Source of the DNA: Torpedo marmorata
Taxonomy: Eukaryota
Length of the DNA: 64,000 nucleotides
NCBI GenBank assembly: GCA_977017645.1
Contig: OZ360219.1
Span: forward strand, 253,766,001 to 253,830,000
Reading direction: 5' to 3'
Position numbers and translations under genes: made by a program. Shown here in pieces: positions 12,011 through 24,779 of the stretch (the stretch's first letter is position 1; the number at the start of each line of letters is the position of its first letter). The notes under the pieces are model-generated. The model was given only the letters and a program-made list of their open reading frames with translations, had not been told where the DNA came from and did not search any database.

Positions 12011-14134
12011 CTGCTTGGTTTGGTTTTTGTTCGAATGACAAAAGAAGAAAAGAATTTTTGTTTTTTGGAGGGGGAACAGTACCAAACACAGCATCAGTCA
12101 AAAGCAATATTTGCAATTGAAAATTAAGAAACCAAACTCAAGGAAATGGATGAAGCCTTGCAACGGCATATAAAATTACAAACACATGATTAACAGTAAC
12201 GTAATGAATTATGCAGTGGATGCTAAAGAAACCATGATTAAATGCATGATAGCAGACAGACATTGGTTACAGTGTAACTATATTTCAATTCTTCACCCAT
12301 TTATTACAGACGTGCATCCCAAATTCAGACTAATACGCTGTTCATCAAATGAGAAAGAAAATAATTGTTCATATAGTTGGAAGCACACCAGAAAATCAAA
12401 TCAAATTAGTGTTACACAGGGAAAGGGAACTTAAAGCCAAAATATCATCACTCCTGAACCAACTCCTTTATAATGAAAGAAGTGGCAATGCCCAGGAATT
12501 CTTAAGTTCTGAGTTGGCTCCAGGAAGGATAAGAGTTGGAGGTGTCCTTTGAACTCCATGGGTTTTGTCTTAAAAGCCCAAATAATTGAAAAAATAAAGA
12601 AATTCTATCATGACCTGACAGCATTTGGAAAACATCGTCATTTACTGTATATCTGCTTAGCAGAACTTTACAAATGTATGAATTACTTGCTTTAAATAAA
12701 CCTTTTAACCATAGGTGCCAATGTTTTTGAGTTCTTTTAGCATTATAATTACTTTTCTCAGATGCACAGATAAAGGAGCTTCCACTTTAACATAAAAACA
12801 GAATTCCGCAAGAATTTAGCTGCTGCACCTGCTGAGTTCTTCCAGCATTATGTTTTGGTTCTAGATTCTGGCATTAGCAGTCTCTTTTTTATTCCATTGG
12901 AGCATGCTTACTTTTTGAAAATACTTTCCCAATGCAGTATCAATACATTGTTATTAAAAAGAAATTGAATAATCTTTTGTAATGGCTCTTCTGCACTGCA
13001 ATGTGTGAAACCAAGATGTGCAGCATTAGTAGGTCCTAGCCAGGCTAGAAGTAGTGATACCAAAATCAGTGACCAGGAAGAAGAAAAAACTATCATGTTA
13101 CTCCAGCCGGAATACTGCTCTGCTAATAATAACCCAAACTGCTCGGAGAAGGGAAAAAAGACTGAGAAATACATTGCTGCCTGTATTCATTAAAAAATGT
13201 CTCAAGTTACTTCATAACTCCACCAGGTAATCAAGCAAATCTCAGGAGGCCACGGTTACTTATTAACATTACTGAAAGAATGTAACCAACAGCCCAACAT
13301 CCTTCTTCCTCAGAAAATCTCAAATCTCTTTGAAATATTTTTTAGCACGTGTCGCTTACCAATTACCAAATATTATAAGGTGCGACAGGCTTCTGCGAAA
13401 TCAATACATTCTGTTTCCTCATTTAATTATTTAGATTCTCATTTTAGTCCCATCTTACTGAATTCTACAAAGAACATCGATAAAGAGTAGCTTAGGTTCT
13501 TGCAGTGATTGCTCCCAGGACCATTGACCAACTTGATGCTGTTCCTCACTGTGCAATGAAGGCCAAAATGAAAAAGGAGAATCTACACACCATGTTTGAA
13601 TAATTTAGAAGCAGCATTTTATACTTGCCAGTTGAAACATTTAAAGTTCTGTTCAGAATGTTATTTTCAAGGAAGAGGATAGATAGAAACAGCCATGATT
13701 ATCCCTTGCAGGAAAAACCAGTGTGCTCCTAACTCATCGGCAGACACAATTTGGATGGCCAAAGGTCCTCATTGACATGTTTATCTAGATATACTTTGAA
13801 GTATTATTAAGTAACTTGTCTCATATTGTCAGTACTAAACAATGCAGCCTATTCACAAAATTCAATCCTTTGACTAAACAAACCAAATTTTCAGAATGTT
13901 GAGCAAAAAGAATAGTGTTTGGCAACACAGACCAGGGTAAAGTTAGAGGCTTCTTCCCTAACACTGGGCCTTTCACAGTCTTTTTAACACTTATGTGGGG
14001 CTGAAGTGAGCTATTCAGTCCTTGGGGCACATTGCAAAGTTTACTCATTCCTATTTACTTAATTATGTTCTAATATCCAAGGATTATCAACAGGGATCTA
14101 CTGTTGTCTATGCTGAAACTTCAAGTAATTTTGA

Positions 14135-14278
14135 TCCTGCATATGTATTGTTTGTCTGTATGTGTGTTATGACTGGTTGTGTGTCTGTGTGTTTTGCACC
14201 GAGGACCGGAGAACGCTGTTTCATCGGGTTGTACTTGTGCAATCAGGTGATAATAAACTTGACTTGACTTGGCTTGAC
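14135..14278 (+). mobile_element. Rex1/Babar 3' terminal fragment
   Basis: Reverse complement of 2257-2395, ending AATAAA(CTTGA)n. Confidence 0.85.
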
Positions 14279-15397
14279 AATACTTTTGGTAGAGGAACTT
14301 CCAAAATTCCACATTACTTGCACATATAAGCATTGCTTCGTTGGTCTAGCCCTAACTTTTATTAACTGTCATAGTCTAGATTTCTTTACCAGAAGAAACA
14401 GTTTTTCAGTGTCCTTTGCTTTAAAAAAAACTGCAGTATTTGTGCAGGTTCTGAATCAAGGGTGTCCTTTTACCACTTAAGTATTGGGTCCAGAAATTGG
14501 ACACATTTGGGTGCATTTTCCATCAACAAATCATGCACAAAAGCAGAGTGCCATTCGTGCACTGACACAAGCAATCAATTCAATGTCATTTAACACCCAT
14601 CAGGATATTGGCCTGTGCACCACTCCCCTTAGTATGACTGACACCATGAGTTCCTCAATGGTTGCAACACCGCTATGTTATGCAGCTCGCTTCAAAACGT
14701 ATACATGACCACTGATCCCACCTTGCAATTATTGGAATACACACACCACACAGATCGATCAGTGCATTTGATTATGTAGGTGGAAGGCTGTGGTGGGATG
14801 GGGAGTGATCTTGGGTGGTGGCCACACACACTGGAGATTGGTGCTCTCCCCTCTCCTCTCCACCTCCATGACATCTGCATCTATTCTATGGTCAGCATGA
14901 AAGGAGTATTTGACTGCCTTCCCAGCAGTCAGTGCACTCATGGCATGAAAGCTGCCAATGTTGTGACTTTTTTTGTGAGCTCTCACATATTTGACAGTTC
15001 AAAATAGTTGAACTCCAATTCATAGGCAGAATTCTGCCTCTTTTTTAAAATTAGCATCCAACTTAAATATTCAAGGTTTAATTTTGGTGAAGTTGCACAT
15101 CTTAAATCTTACTAACTAAATTAAAGAACAGAGTATTAATGGGTAATGGCAGTCATCAGTAGGAAAATGGCCAAAGGACAGTTAAAGGGATGCCTTTGTT
15201 CAACTGAAGGGAAATGCATGGAGATGCCCCCTAGATCGGTAGTTCTCAACAGTGGGCCATGGCCCATTGGATGGCCAAATCGTGTGTCCATGTGGGTCTT
15301 TAAAAATGTTAAATAAAATATTTTAAATTAGATAAAGATGTGTTTCTTACAGAGCTGCCTTTGACTTGAAAATATTGTTCAGTAATTGCCACTAGAT

Positions 15398-18300
15398 CCA
15401 TAGAACCATAGAACAATTACAACACAGAAACAGGCCCCTTCGGCCCTTCTAGTCTGTGTCAAACCATTTTTTTTGGCCTAGTCCCAATGACCTGCACCCA
15501 ATGCATAGTCTTCCATAACTCTCCCATCCATGTACCTGTCCAAATTCTTCTTAAATGTTAACATTGAGCTCACATTCACCACCTCAGCTGGCAGCTCGTT
15601 CCACACTCCCACCACTCTCTGTATGAAGAAGTTCCCCCTCACGTTCCCCTAAACTTTTCTCCTTTCACTCTTAACCCATGTCCTCTGGTTTGTATCTCAC
15701 CTACCCTCAGTGGAAAAAGCCTATCTACATTTACTCTGTCTATCCCCCTCATAATTTTAAATACCTCTATCAAATCTCCCCTCATTCTTCTATGCTCCAG
15801 GGAATAACCTTTCCCTGTAACTCAGTTCCTGAAATCCGGGCAACATCCTAGTAAATCTTCTCTGCTCTCTTTCTATCTTATTGATATCTTTGCTGTAGTT
15901 AGGTGACCAAAACTGCACACAATACTCCAAATTTGGCCTCACCAATGTCTTATACAACTTTACCATAACATTCCAGCTCCTATACTCAATAGATTGATTT
16001 ATGAAGGACAAAATGCCAAAAGCCTGGCTGTTACCGTCCCAGCTTGCTAGGCCGTGGCAGATAAAACCCGAGTGTAAAGGGTGGGGCTAGTACTGCACAC
16101 ACTGCGCTCCACCTAAAAAATCCATTGTGCAGGCTCGAAGGACATGCCCATGTCTACGATCTTTCCTGGATCTTTGTTCGCGAAGCCAAGCCATAAGGAT
16201 GCCAAAAGCTCTCTTTACAACCCTATCCACCTGTGACGCCACTTTCAGAAAATTAAGTATCTGTATTTCCAGATCTCTCTGTTCTACCACACTCCTGTGC
16301 CCTACCATTTACCGTGTATGTCCTTTCTTGGTTTGTCCTTCCAAAATGCAACACCTCACACTTGTCTGCATTAAATTCCATCTGCCATTTTTAAGCCAAT
16401 TTTTCCAACCGGTCCAGATCCCTCTGCAAGCTTTGAAAACCTTCTTTGCTGTCCACAACGCCTCCAATCTTCGTGTCATCTGCAAACTTGCTGATCCAAT
16501 TTACCACATTATCATCCAGATCATTGATATAGATTAGAAACAATAATGATCCCAGCACCGATCCCTGAGGCACACCACTACTCACAGGCCTCCAGTCTGA
16601 GAAGCAATCATCCACCACTACTCTCTGGCTTCTCCCGTCCAGCCATTGTCGAATCCAGTTCACCATGAATACCTAGCGTCTGAACCTTCCTGACTAATCT
16701 CCCATGTGGGACCTTGTGAAAGGCTTTAATAAAGTCCATGTAGACAACATCCACAGCCTTTCCTTTATCAACTTTCCTGGTAGCCTCCTCGAAAAACTCA
16801 ATAAGATTGGTTAAACACGACCTACCACGCACAAAGCCATGTTGACTATCCCTAATCAGTTTCTGGCTATCCAAATAATTGTATATCCGATCTCTTAGAA
16901 CAGCTTCCAATAATTTATCTACTACTGACGTCAGGCTCACCAGTCTATAATTTCCAGGGTTACTTTTGGAGCCATTTTTAAACAACAGAACAACGTGAGC
17001 TACCCTCCAATCCTCCGGCACCACACCTGTGGCTAAGGACATTTTAAATATTTCTGCCAGAGCCCCTGCAATTTCTATACTAGTCTCCCTCAAGGCCCGA
17101 GGGAATATCTTGTCAGGCCCTGGGGATTTATCCACCCTTATTTGCTTTAAGACAGCAAGCACTTCCTCCTCTTTAATCTGTATAGGTTCCATGACCTCAC
17201 TGCTTGTTTTTCTTACTTCCCACGACTCTGTGCCTGTTTCCTGAGTGAATACTGATGAAAAAAACCCATTTAAAATCTTCCCCATCTCTTTTGGCTCCAT
17301 ACAAAGCCGACCACTCTGATCTTCAAGGGGACCAATTTTGTCCCTTACTATCCTTTTGCTCTTAATATACCTGTAGAAACCCTTAGGATTTCCCTTCACA
17401 TTGTCTTCCATAGCAACCTCACGTCTTCTTTTGGCCTTCCTGATTTCTTTCTTGAGGTTTCTCTTGCATTTTTTATACTCCTCAAGTACCTCATTTGCTC
17501 CATGTTGTCTATCTGCTATACACCTCTCTCTTCTTCCGAACCAGATGTCCAATATTCCTCGAAAACCAAGGTTCCCTATACCTGGGAACCTTGCCTTTAA
17601 TCCTGACAGGAACGTACAAACTCTGTACCCTCAAAATTTCACCTTTGAAGGTCTTCCACTTACGTCGCACATCCTTGCCCAAAAACAACTTATCCCAATC
17701 CACGTATTCTATATCCTTTCTCATTTCCTCAAAATTAGCCTTTCTCCAATTTAGAATTTCAACCCGAGGCCCAGTCCTATCTTTCTCCATAATTAACTTG
17801 AAACTAATGGCCTTATGATCACTGGACCCAAAATGTTCCACTACACATACTTCTGTCACCTGTTCTGTCTCGTTCCCTAAAAGGAATTCCAGTATTGCCT
17901 TCTCTCTAGTAGGTGCCTCTCTATATTGATTTAGAAAGCATTCCTGAACACATTTGACAAACTCCAAACCATCCAGCCCTTTTACAATATGGAAGTCCCA
18001 GTCAATAAGTGGAAAATTAAAATACCCTACTATCACAACCTTATGTTTCCTGCAGCTGTCTGCTATCTCTCTACAGATTTTCTCCTCCAATTCTTGTTGA
18101 CTATTGGGCGATCTAATAATACAACCCCATGAGTGTGGTCATTCCTTTCCCGTTCCTCAGCTCCACCCATATAGCCTCAGTAGACGAGCCCTCTAGTCTG
18201 CCATGCCTGAGCACAGCTGCGATATTTTCCCTGAAGAGCAAAGCCACTCCTCCCCCTTTCTTCACCACCCCCTCCCCCCCCCCACCATTCTTTCATGTCT

Positions 18301-18818
18301 AAAGCAATGGAAGCCTGGAACATTGAGCTGCCAGTCCTGCCCCTCCTGCAACCAAGTTTCACTAATGGCCACAATGTCATAATTCCACGTGCCAATCCAC
18401 ACTCTTAGTTTGTCTGCCTTTCCTACAATACTTGTGTTGAAGTAGATGCACCTTAGAAAATTTCCACCACGTACAACCCGTTGACTTCTAATGGTGCATG
18501 CAATTTTCACTTCATCCTTTCCCTCCTCCACTCCTCTATCTGATCTGGCACTCTGGTTCCCACCCCCCTGCAAATCTAGTTTAAACCCACCGGAGCAGCA
18601 CTAGCAAACCTTCCCGCAAGGATATTAGTCCCCCTCCAGTTCAGATGCAAACTGTCCCATTTGAACAGGTCCCATCTTCCCTGGAAGAGAGCCCAATGAT
18701 CCAAAAACTTGAAGCCCTCCCTTCTCCACCATGTCTTTAGCCACGTGTTAAGCTGCATTATCCTTCTATTTCTAACCTCATTAGTACGTGGTACGGGTAG
18801 CAATCCTGAGATCACAAC
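15398..18818 (-). mobile_element. CR1 LINE, ~3.4 kb (ORF1 C-terminus, endonuclease, RT, 3' tail), frameshifted
   Basis: ORF1 esterase-like LHLNWRGTNILAG; endonuclease YDIVAISETW and SDHKAI; RT VPQGSVLG and FADDTKIG; LVRPNLEYCVQFWSP; (TTCTATGG)n-type tail. Confidence 0.95.
16024..16198. mobile_element. 175-bp insertion with 11-bp TSD inside CR1 (family uncertain, possibly an RTE 5' region)
   Basis: ATGCCAAAAGC duplicated at 16013-16023 and 16199-16209. The related CR1 copy near 60260 lacks the insert. Confidence 0.75.
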
Positions 18819-20330
18819 AACTAGTGGGCCATGGCATGTTAGGCCAGAAACCAGGTGGTCCTTTGACTGAAAAAGTTTGAGAACCACTGCCCTAGAGGTT
18901 CATTGCTCATTTGAATTAATGACCTTGAGATGGGTAAACAGGGATGTACAGTAACTGAGAAGAATAGTAAGTGACTCCAGGAGGTTGTAGCTAGGTTGGT
19001 GGAATTGCAGATAACACAAAGCAATGAGCAGTGAAATGGAAGAATAAGGAGACACAATATGAAATAAACGCTACAATTTTAATGTTGGTGTAGGAACAGT
19101 GAAAATAGAGAATTTTTTTTTTCCAGACAGGATGGGTACAAACTGGATGTAAATTGAATGCAGTAAACTAAAAAATCAGGGCTGATATGGAGGAAACAAT
19201 GATGGTTACGCTGTGATGCATTGTCATCCAGAAAGCACTGAATGAAAGGTAGTGGAAGCAGCTTCAATCATAACCTTCAAAAGAGAATTGAAAAACTATT
19301 TGAAGAGGAAATATTTAAAGGGCTATGATGAAAGGGCAGAGGACTGAGATTAAAAGGATTACTCTTTTAAAGAGCTGGTGGTAGAATGACCCCCTTCTGT
19401 GCTAAATCATTCCATAATTCAATATATCTGTTTCTTCAAATCCCTTGATCATTTTAAATACCTCAAATAAATGACCTTAACCTTCCCGCTCAGGAAGTAC
19501 AAACCAAGTTCAGGCAACCTGTCGCAGTCATGTTACCCTGAAGTTGGTATTGTTCTTGTGAATCTGTGTTCTATGCACTTCAGGATCTTCTGAGATGAGG
19601 TGTCCCAAACTGAACACAAAGCTCCAGATAGCTTCTGACCAATCAGAATGGAAAATGTTGCAAATTTTGAAAATCTGAAATAAAACAGTTATTGTTGGGT
19701 CTTTGCCCTAAAAAGTTGACTCTTTTTATCTTTCTCCACAGATGGTGGGTGCCTGACTGAGTATTTCCAGCATTTGCTGTATAAATTTTAATCAAAATTT
19801 TATTTTCTAACTTTTATGTCCTAACTCCCTTGAAATGAATATGAACATAATTTTCATTTTTGATGGATAGTTTTGTACTCTTTCTTTAGTTTCAGTTGTG
19901 CATATATGGAGCCAGCTGTTCCTGTGACAAGCTGTTGCAGCTGAGGACAAAATGAATCATCACAACTGAAGCTCAGAGTCTGGAAGAGCAGTTTGACCAT
20001 TATGCTTTTAAAAATATTGCAATAAAGCATCAAAGATTTTAGGCATGTATCAAATTACCTGTCAACTCTGGGGGAGTACTTTAACCACAAAGATATAGTA
20101 ATTTAAGAAGGAGGCTTTCATCACTTTTTCAGGGATACTAAGGATCTCAGCATGAAATGCTGACCTTCTCAGTGATGCACACATCTCAAAGAGAGGATAA
20201 AAATAGATTGCTGGATGTCGTATCACGCCTGGAAATTACATCCTTCACTCTTCAACTCTACACCACTTTGTACCTTTACAAGTAACCATGTCATTGCTTC
20301 CCTCTAGATAAAATTTTAGTTGGACTTTGT

Positions 20331-20819
20331 ACAGCACCAATAGCCTGAATACAACTGGGATTGTCTGATCTCGGAAGCTAAGCATGCACAGGACTAGTTA
20401 GTACTTGGAGGGGAGACTGCCAAGGAACACCATGGGCTGTAGGTTTCTGTGAGGGGTAAAGGTAAAGGTAAAGGTTCCATTATTGTCACGTAATACTACA
20501 TTTAGAATGTAACATACATGAAATTCTTTAATTTTTGTCTACTGTAAGGCAGACAGAGGGTCGCTACTTTGTCCAGCGCCCCTCACAGAAATATACAGCA
20601 CCTGGTGTTCCTTGGCGGTCTCCCCTCCAAATACTGACCAGTCCTGTGCCTGCTTAGCTTCTGAGATCAGACAATCCCAGTTGTATTCAGGCTATTGGTG
20701 CTGTGCTGGACAAAGTAGTGACCCTCTGTCTGCCTTACAGTAGACAAAAATTAAAGAATTTCATGTATGTTGCATTCTAAAATGTAGTATTACGTGATAA
20801 TAATGGAACCTTTACTTTT
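20331..20819. mobile_element. 5S rRNA-derived SINE (SINE3-like), two interleaved copies in opposite orientation
   Basis: GTCTGATCTCGGAAGCTAAGCA...GTTAGTACTTGGAGGGGAGAC...GCTGTAGG is recognisable 5S (boxes A and C) with a divergent 5' end. It is followed by a non-5S body ending in (CCTTTA)n. Confidence 0.88.
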
Positions 20820-22334
20820 GAAATGAGAGCAATGTGTAGAGAGTACATCCAGAATCCTGATACATTATCTTGGCTCATAGGTTTTGATGCCAGTCTATGG
20901 AAGACAAACACCACACAATGAAACAATATATAAACACTAAAATAAAATAGAAATAGAACTATTTTATGTTGAAAGGTGAAACAATGACACTTTTGCACTT
21001 TACATTCCAGACTGGCACCCTTTTCTCAATTGTAAGAATTATCTATGTTTTGGATCTGAAGATTTATTTCCTACAACAAAGCCGTTCAGTTCATTCCAGC
21101 TGCTAACAGAGCAGTCCCATTCACCTCTCCTGATATCTCCGCAGCTTTGTAAATCATTCTCTCTCACAAGCCCATCAACTCCTCTTTGATTCTTTCGTTA
21201 TTTATACAGCAGCCAGACTGGAATGCGGCTGAAGCCCAGAGGACCCCATTGAAACCCTTGTGGTCAGGGCTGCAACATGCAACCTTCACTCATCATGGTA
21301 TAATGTTGAACGCAGATATGTCTCAAAAATAAAATGGATGGGACTTCAAAAATGTCACATTTGGACTTTTCTGAATCTTAACTTTTCTGGTAAACTACTA
21401 AGTCCTGGGCCATTGGATTGTTCTTAGACTGTAACTCCTCACCTCCTGACACATGTCTTCTCTCTAGGTACATTTCTCTCACTCTATCAGTGTTCTTGCT
21501 TTCTAAATAATGAATATCTGAAATGCTTTACTTTCCAAATCTCAGTTTTGTTAAATGAGGAGGTTTATGGATATTTGACCTATCAGAATCTTTCCCTCTG
21601 TGACCTCTAACATTCTTCTCATGAAAAATATTCTCATTTACAGCTTACAGTCTGAGTTGGGAAGTCAGGAGTCATAACGACATCTCACTGAACCAAAAAT
21701 ATTTCAAGCCTCCATGCTCAAGCATTTCTCATTTTCATGTAAACAGAAATGTGCACAGCAGGAATGGATTTTTCTTTGGGTTTTAAAACGAACACAACAG
21801 CCATTGACTTGACATTTTAAATATAAAGCTTTTAAAAGCCCTTGAGGCCTGCTGTACTGTTAGCATCAATTCCAAAATGAAAGATCAATAACATACGGTT
21901 AATTCCCAGCATACTAAGATTTAAGAAATATGTCTATGTGCATGTCTCAATTTCCATTTTTACTGAATTAATGTTTAGAAGTATGCAGAAAATCATTTAT
22001 TTAGAAAGTTCAATATTTTAGAAACAGAAAATATTTAACAGTTCACTGCACTGCAATTGCTGAAGATGACAAGGCCACCAGTTCTGTTGTGCAGTCCTGT
22101 TGCTAAGACAGCCTGTTGTCTTGGTTTACTTCTTTTGTGTGAAAATATTTACAAGCAGCTGTCAGTCATGAGAACTCTCTGAACCCATTGGTCATTGTTG
22201 AAGCTATGTCCAATTGGCAAGATGTGAAGCTCTAGATTTTAATTTCAATTTGCTGAAGAGAAATCACTCAAATTAGAAATAATGATCAACTTTGATTTTT
22301 GTTGCCTTGAAGGGATGGCACTGACTTGGGGAAA

Positions 22335-22965
22335 AAAAAGTGCTGGAGAAACTCAACGGGTCAGGCAGCATCTGTGGAGGCAAAAGGATAGTCGATGTTT
22401 CAGATGATGACCCTGCATCAGGACATGCAAGCCCTGACCTTACTTACATTGGCCCAGTGACTTGCAAGGATGCGGCCAGGTTCAGCTGGCTGATGCCAAC
22501 TGGCTGTGTTGGGCTGCATCTCCTGAGAAGAACTGCAAGTGTCCCTGGTTGAATGTCTTCAGTGCCATTTCCTTTGGTATACTCGGCAGATGCAAAGCTC
22601 AAATTCTTGACAAAAACTTCAACTAGGGATTCTATAGTAAGTTCCTGATTTTTAAAAAAAATTATCACTGGAAAATGGCAGGCATTTGAGCTGTTTAGTG
22701 GTATGCTACTGGTGAGAGACCAGTGGGTCTGCCATCAGCATTAATGGAGTGATTGGTCCACTGAGTTTGGGTCCATTACTTCCCCATTTTAGAATAATCT
22801 CAGGAAGTGAACGAGAACCCCACATCCTAAATACCTGACGAAGGGCCCAGCTCCGAAACGTTGGTTACCCTTTGCTTCCCATGGATGCTATGTGACCTGC
22901 TGAGTTTCTGCAGCACGTTTGTGTATTGCACTTGACCCCAGCATCTGCAGATTTTCTTGTTTAAC
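22335..22965. mobile_element. Two Penelope-like terminal fragments (~22335-22425 and ~22830-22965)
   Basis: tgctggagaaactca and acctgctgagtttct signature shared with the end of the GIY-YIG element at 42.1-43.5 kb. Hammerhead-like cores present. Confidence 0.7.
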
Positions 22966-23289
22966 CCCACACCCTGAAGTGTGTATTAAGATCTATGTGA
23001 CCAATTTAGTTGGCAGGGAATCCAGAACTATAAGTTTTCTAGAGGTCCTCCCTGATTTAATTACCTGAATCAAATATTTAGGATTTGTTGTCCAGCTTTT
23101 TGTGAGGCTGATTAATTACTATGGATGAAAGCAACCAATGAGCAGCGAAGAGGTACGTTAAATATTGAGTGATAGTAGGCGCATGGTGGAATTAGAATGA
23201 TCAAGAGGGCTGCAGGTGGAAGAAACATCAGGGATTTATTGGGAGAGAAGTCATTTCAACTTTTGGCTTAGGACATTAAAGGTTTGACA

Positions 23290-24180
23290 GTGGGTGAGAG
23301 AGAAGAGGTCTGAAGGAGTCAACCAGTGCATGGAAAGTGGTATGAGTTCCAACTTCATCTTCAAATTTGCTGACAACAGCACAAATTTGCCGAAAACAGC
23401 TGGGTATCAAATAACAATGAGACAGAATACAGGAAGGAGATTGAGAGTCTAGTGGCAAGATAACAACCTCTCTCAACATCAGTGAGACGAAGGAGATGAT
23501 CATTGACTTCAGGAGAGGGGGCAGAGACCACATCAATGGCACTGATGTTGAAAGAGTGGATATCTTCTAGTTCTTTGGAATAAACATTTCCAATGAACTG
23601 ACCTGGACCAATCACATTGACGTGAAAGTCAAGAAATCGCAGCAATGCCAATACCTTCTTAGAAGACTAAGGAAGTTCGGCATGACCCCCTGCCCCTCAA
23701 CAACTTCTACAGGTGCACCATTGAAAGCATACATGGGAGCTGCTCTGCTCAAGGTTGGAAGAAGCTGCAGAGGTGGTGAATGCAGCTCAGTAGATCACGT
23801 AAACCTCGCTCCCCTCCATGGACTCCATCTACATCACTTGCTGCCTGGGAAAGGCAGCCATTATTCTGAGGGACCCATCATAACCTGGACACACTCCCTT
23901 TCCCCTCCTCTCATCAGGGAGAAGGCTCAAAAGTATGAAAGCACTCACCAAGAGACTTGAAGACAGCTTCTTCCCCGCAGGCACCAGGCTCCTGAATGAA
24001 CCCACAACAGTGCTATCTTGCTGCCTTTGCTTGGTACTTATTGATCTTTTGTTTCATTGTAATTCTGTACTCTTTAAATTGTGCTCTTGTTCCTCTACTT
24101 TATATGGCTGTATGTTAGCGTTGTCCTGCTAGACTGCGCACAGAGTACCAGGTGTAATGTGACAATAGACAAACTTAAAT
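23290..24180 (+). mobile_element. Rex1/Babar fragment, degenerate
   Basis: tttgctgacaac (FADD region), aaggagatgatcattgacttcagg (KEMIIDFR), LLRRLRKFGM and RLEDSFFP. Confidence 0.8.
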
Positions 24181-24779
24181 GAGTTGTTGGAAGGAAGTAT
24201 GTGAGCTTATTGAGATGGGAGATTACATACATGATCAACTCAGTTCCCTTCAGCTGTAAGGTTTCTCAGGACCCTGGAAACCTGGTCAGAATACTTCCAT
24301 GAAGGATGCATGACACTGAAACAGATCACTCAGCCCTACCAATCCAAGCTGGCATAATTGCCTCAATCAAGCTTCCTCATGTAATTATTCATCTAAGTGT
24401 TGAACTGAAGGCACAAATATTTTTGCGATGGATCCTTCCCGTAAGAGCAGGATAGTCACCCACTCCTTTAACTGACTACTGTTGACACAGAGGCTGCAAG
24501 CCATGTAGTCATACAGTAGAGAAGGCCATCCACCCACCTCGTCCCAGCTGATCTTTGCTCTCCTGGAGGTGTTGGGTGGAGGCAAGTTGAGGTTGAGTTG
24601 CCAATGTCGGAAATTTTAACCCACTTCACTCCACTTGGTCTAAGGAGTCAAAATTAACCTCACTGTCTTTGATCTTTAGAATCTAGCTTGGAACAATGAG
24701 GAGTTTCCTTTCTCCCGATTGTAAAATCTTATGAAATAAACTGAAGCAATGGCCGTAATAACAAATAGCGCAACATTTA

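Larger units (their letters stand above)
15237..18889. mobile_element. hAT (Charlie-like) MITE split by a CR1 insertion (arms ~15237-15395 and ~18820-18889)
   Basis: Ends CGGTAGTTCTCAA and TTGAGAACCACTG. 8-bp TSD CCCTAGAT / CCCTAGAG, similar to the Charlie target NTCTAGAN. Confidence 0.75.

Noticed and set aside
15398-18818. Active autonomous CR1
   Set aside because: ORF2 is broken into several frames, carries an insertion and internal deletions, and the 5' end is truncated.
20331-20456. Functional 5S rRNA gene
   Set aside because: The 5' ~30 nt diverge from 5S, there is no T4 terminator, it is fused to a SINE body and tail, and it is not in a tandem array.
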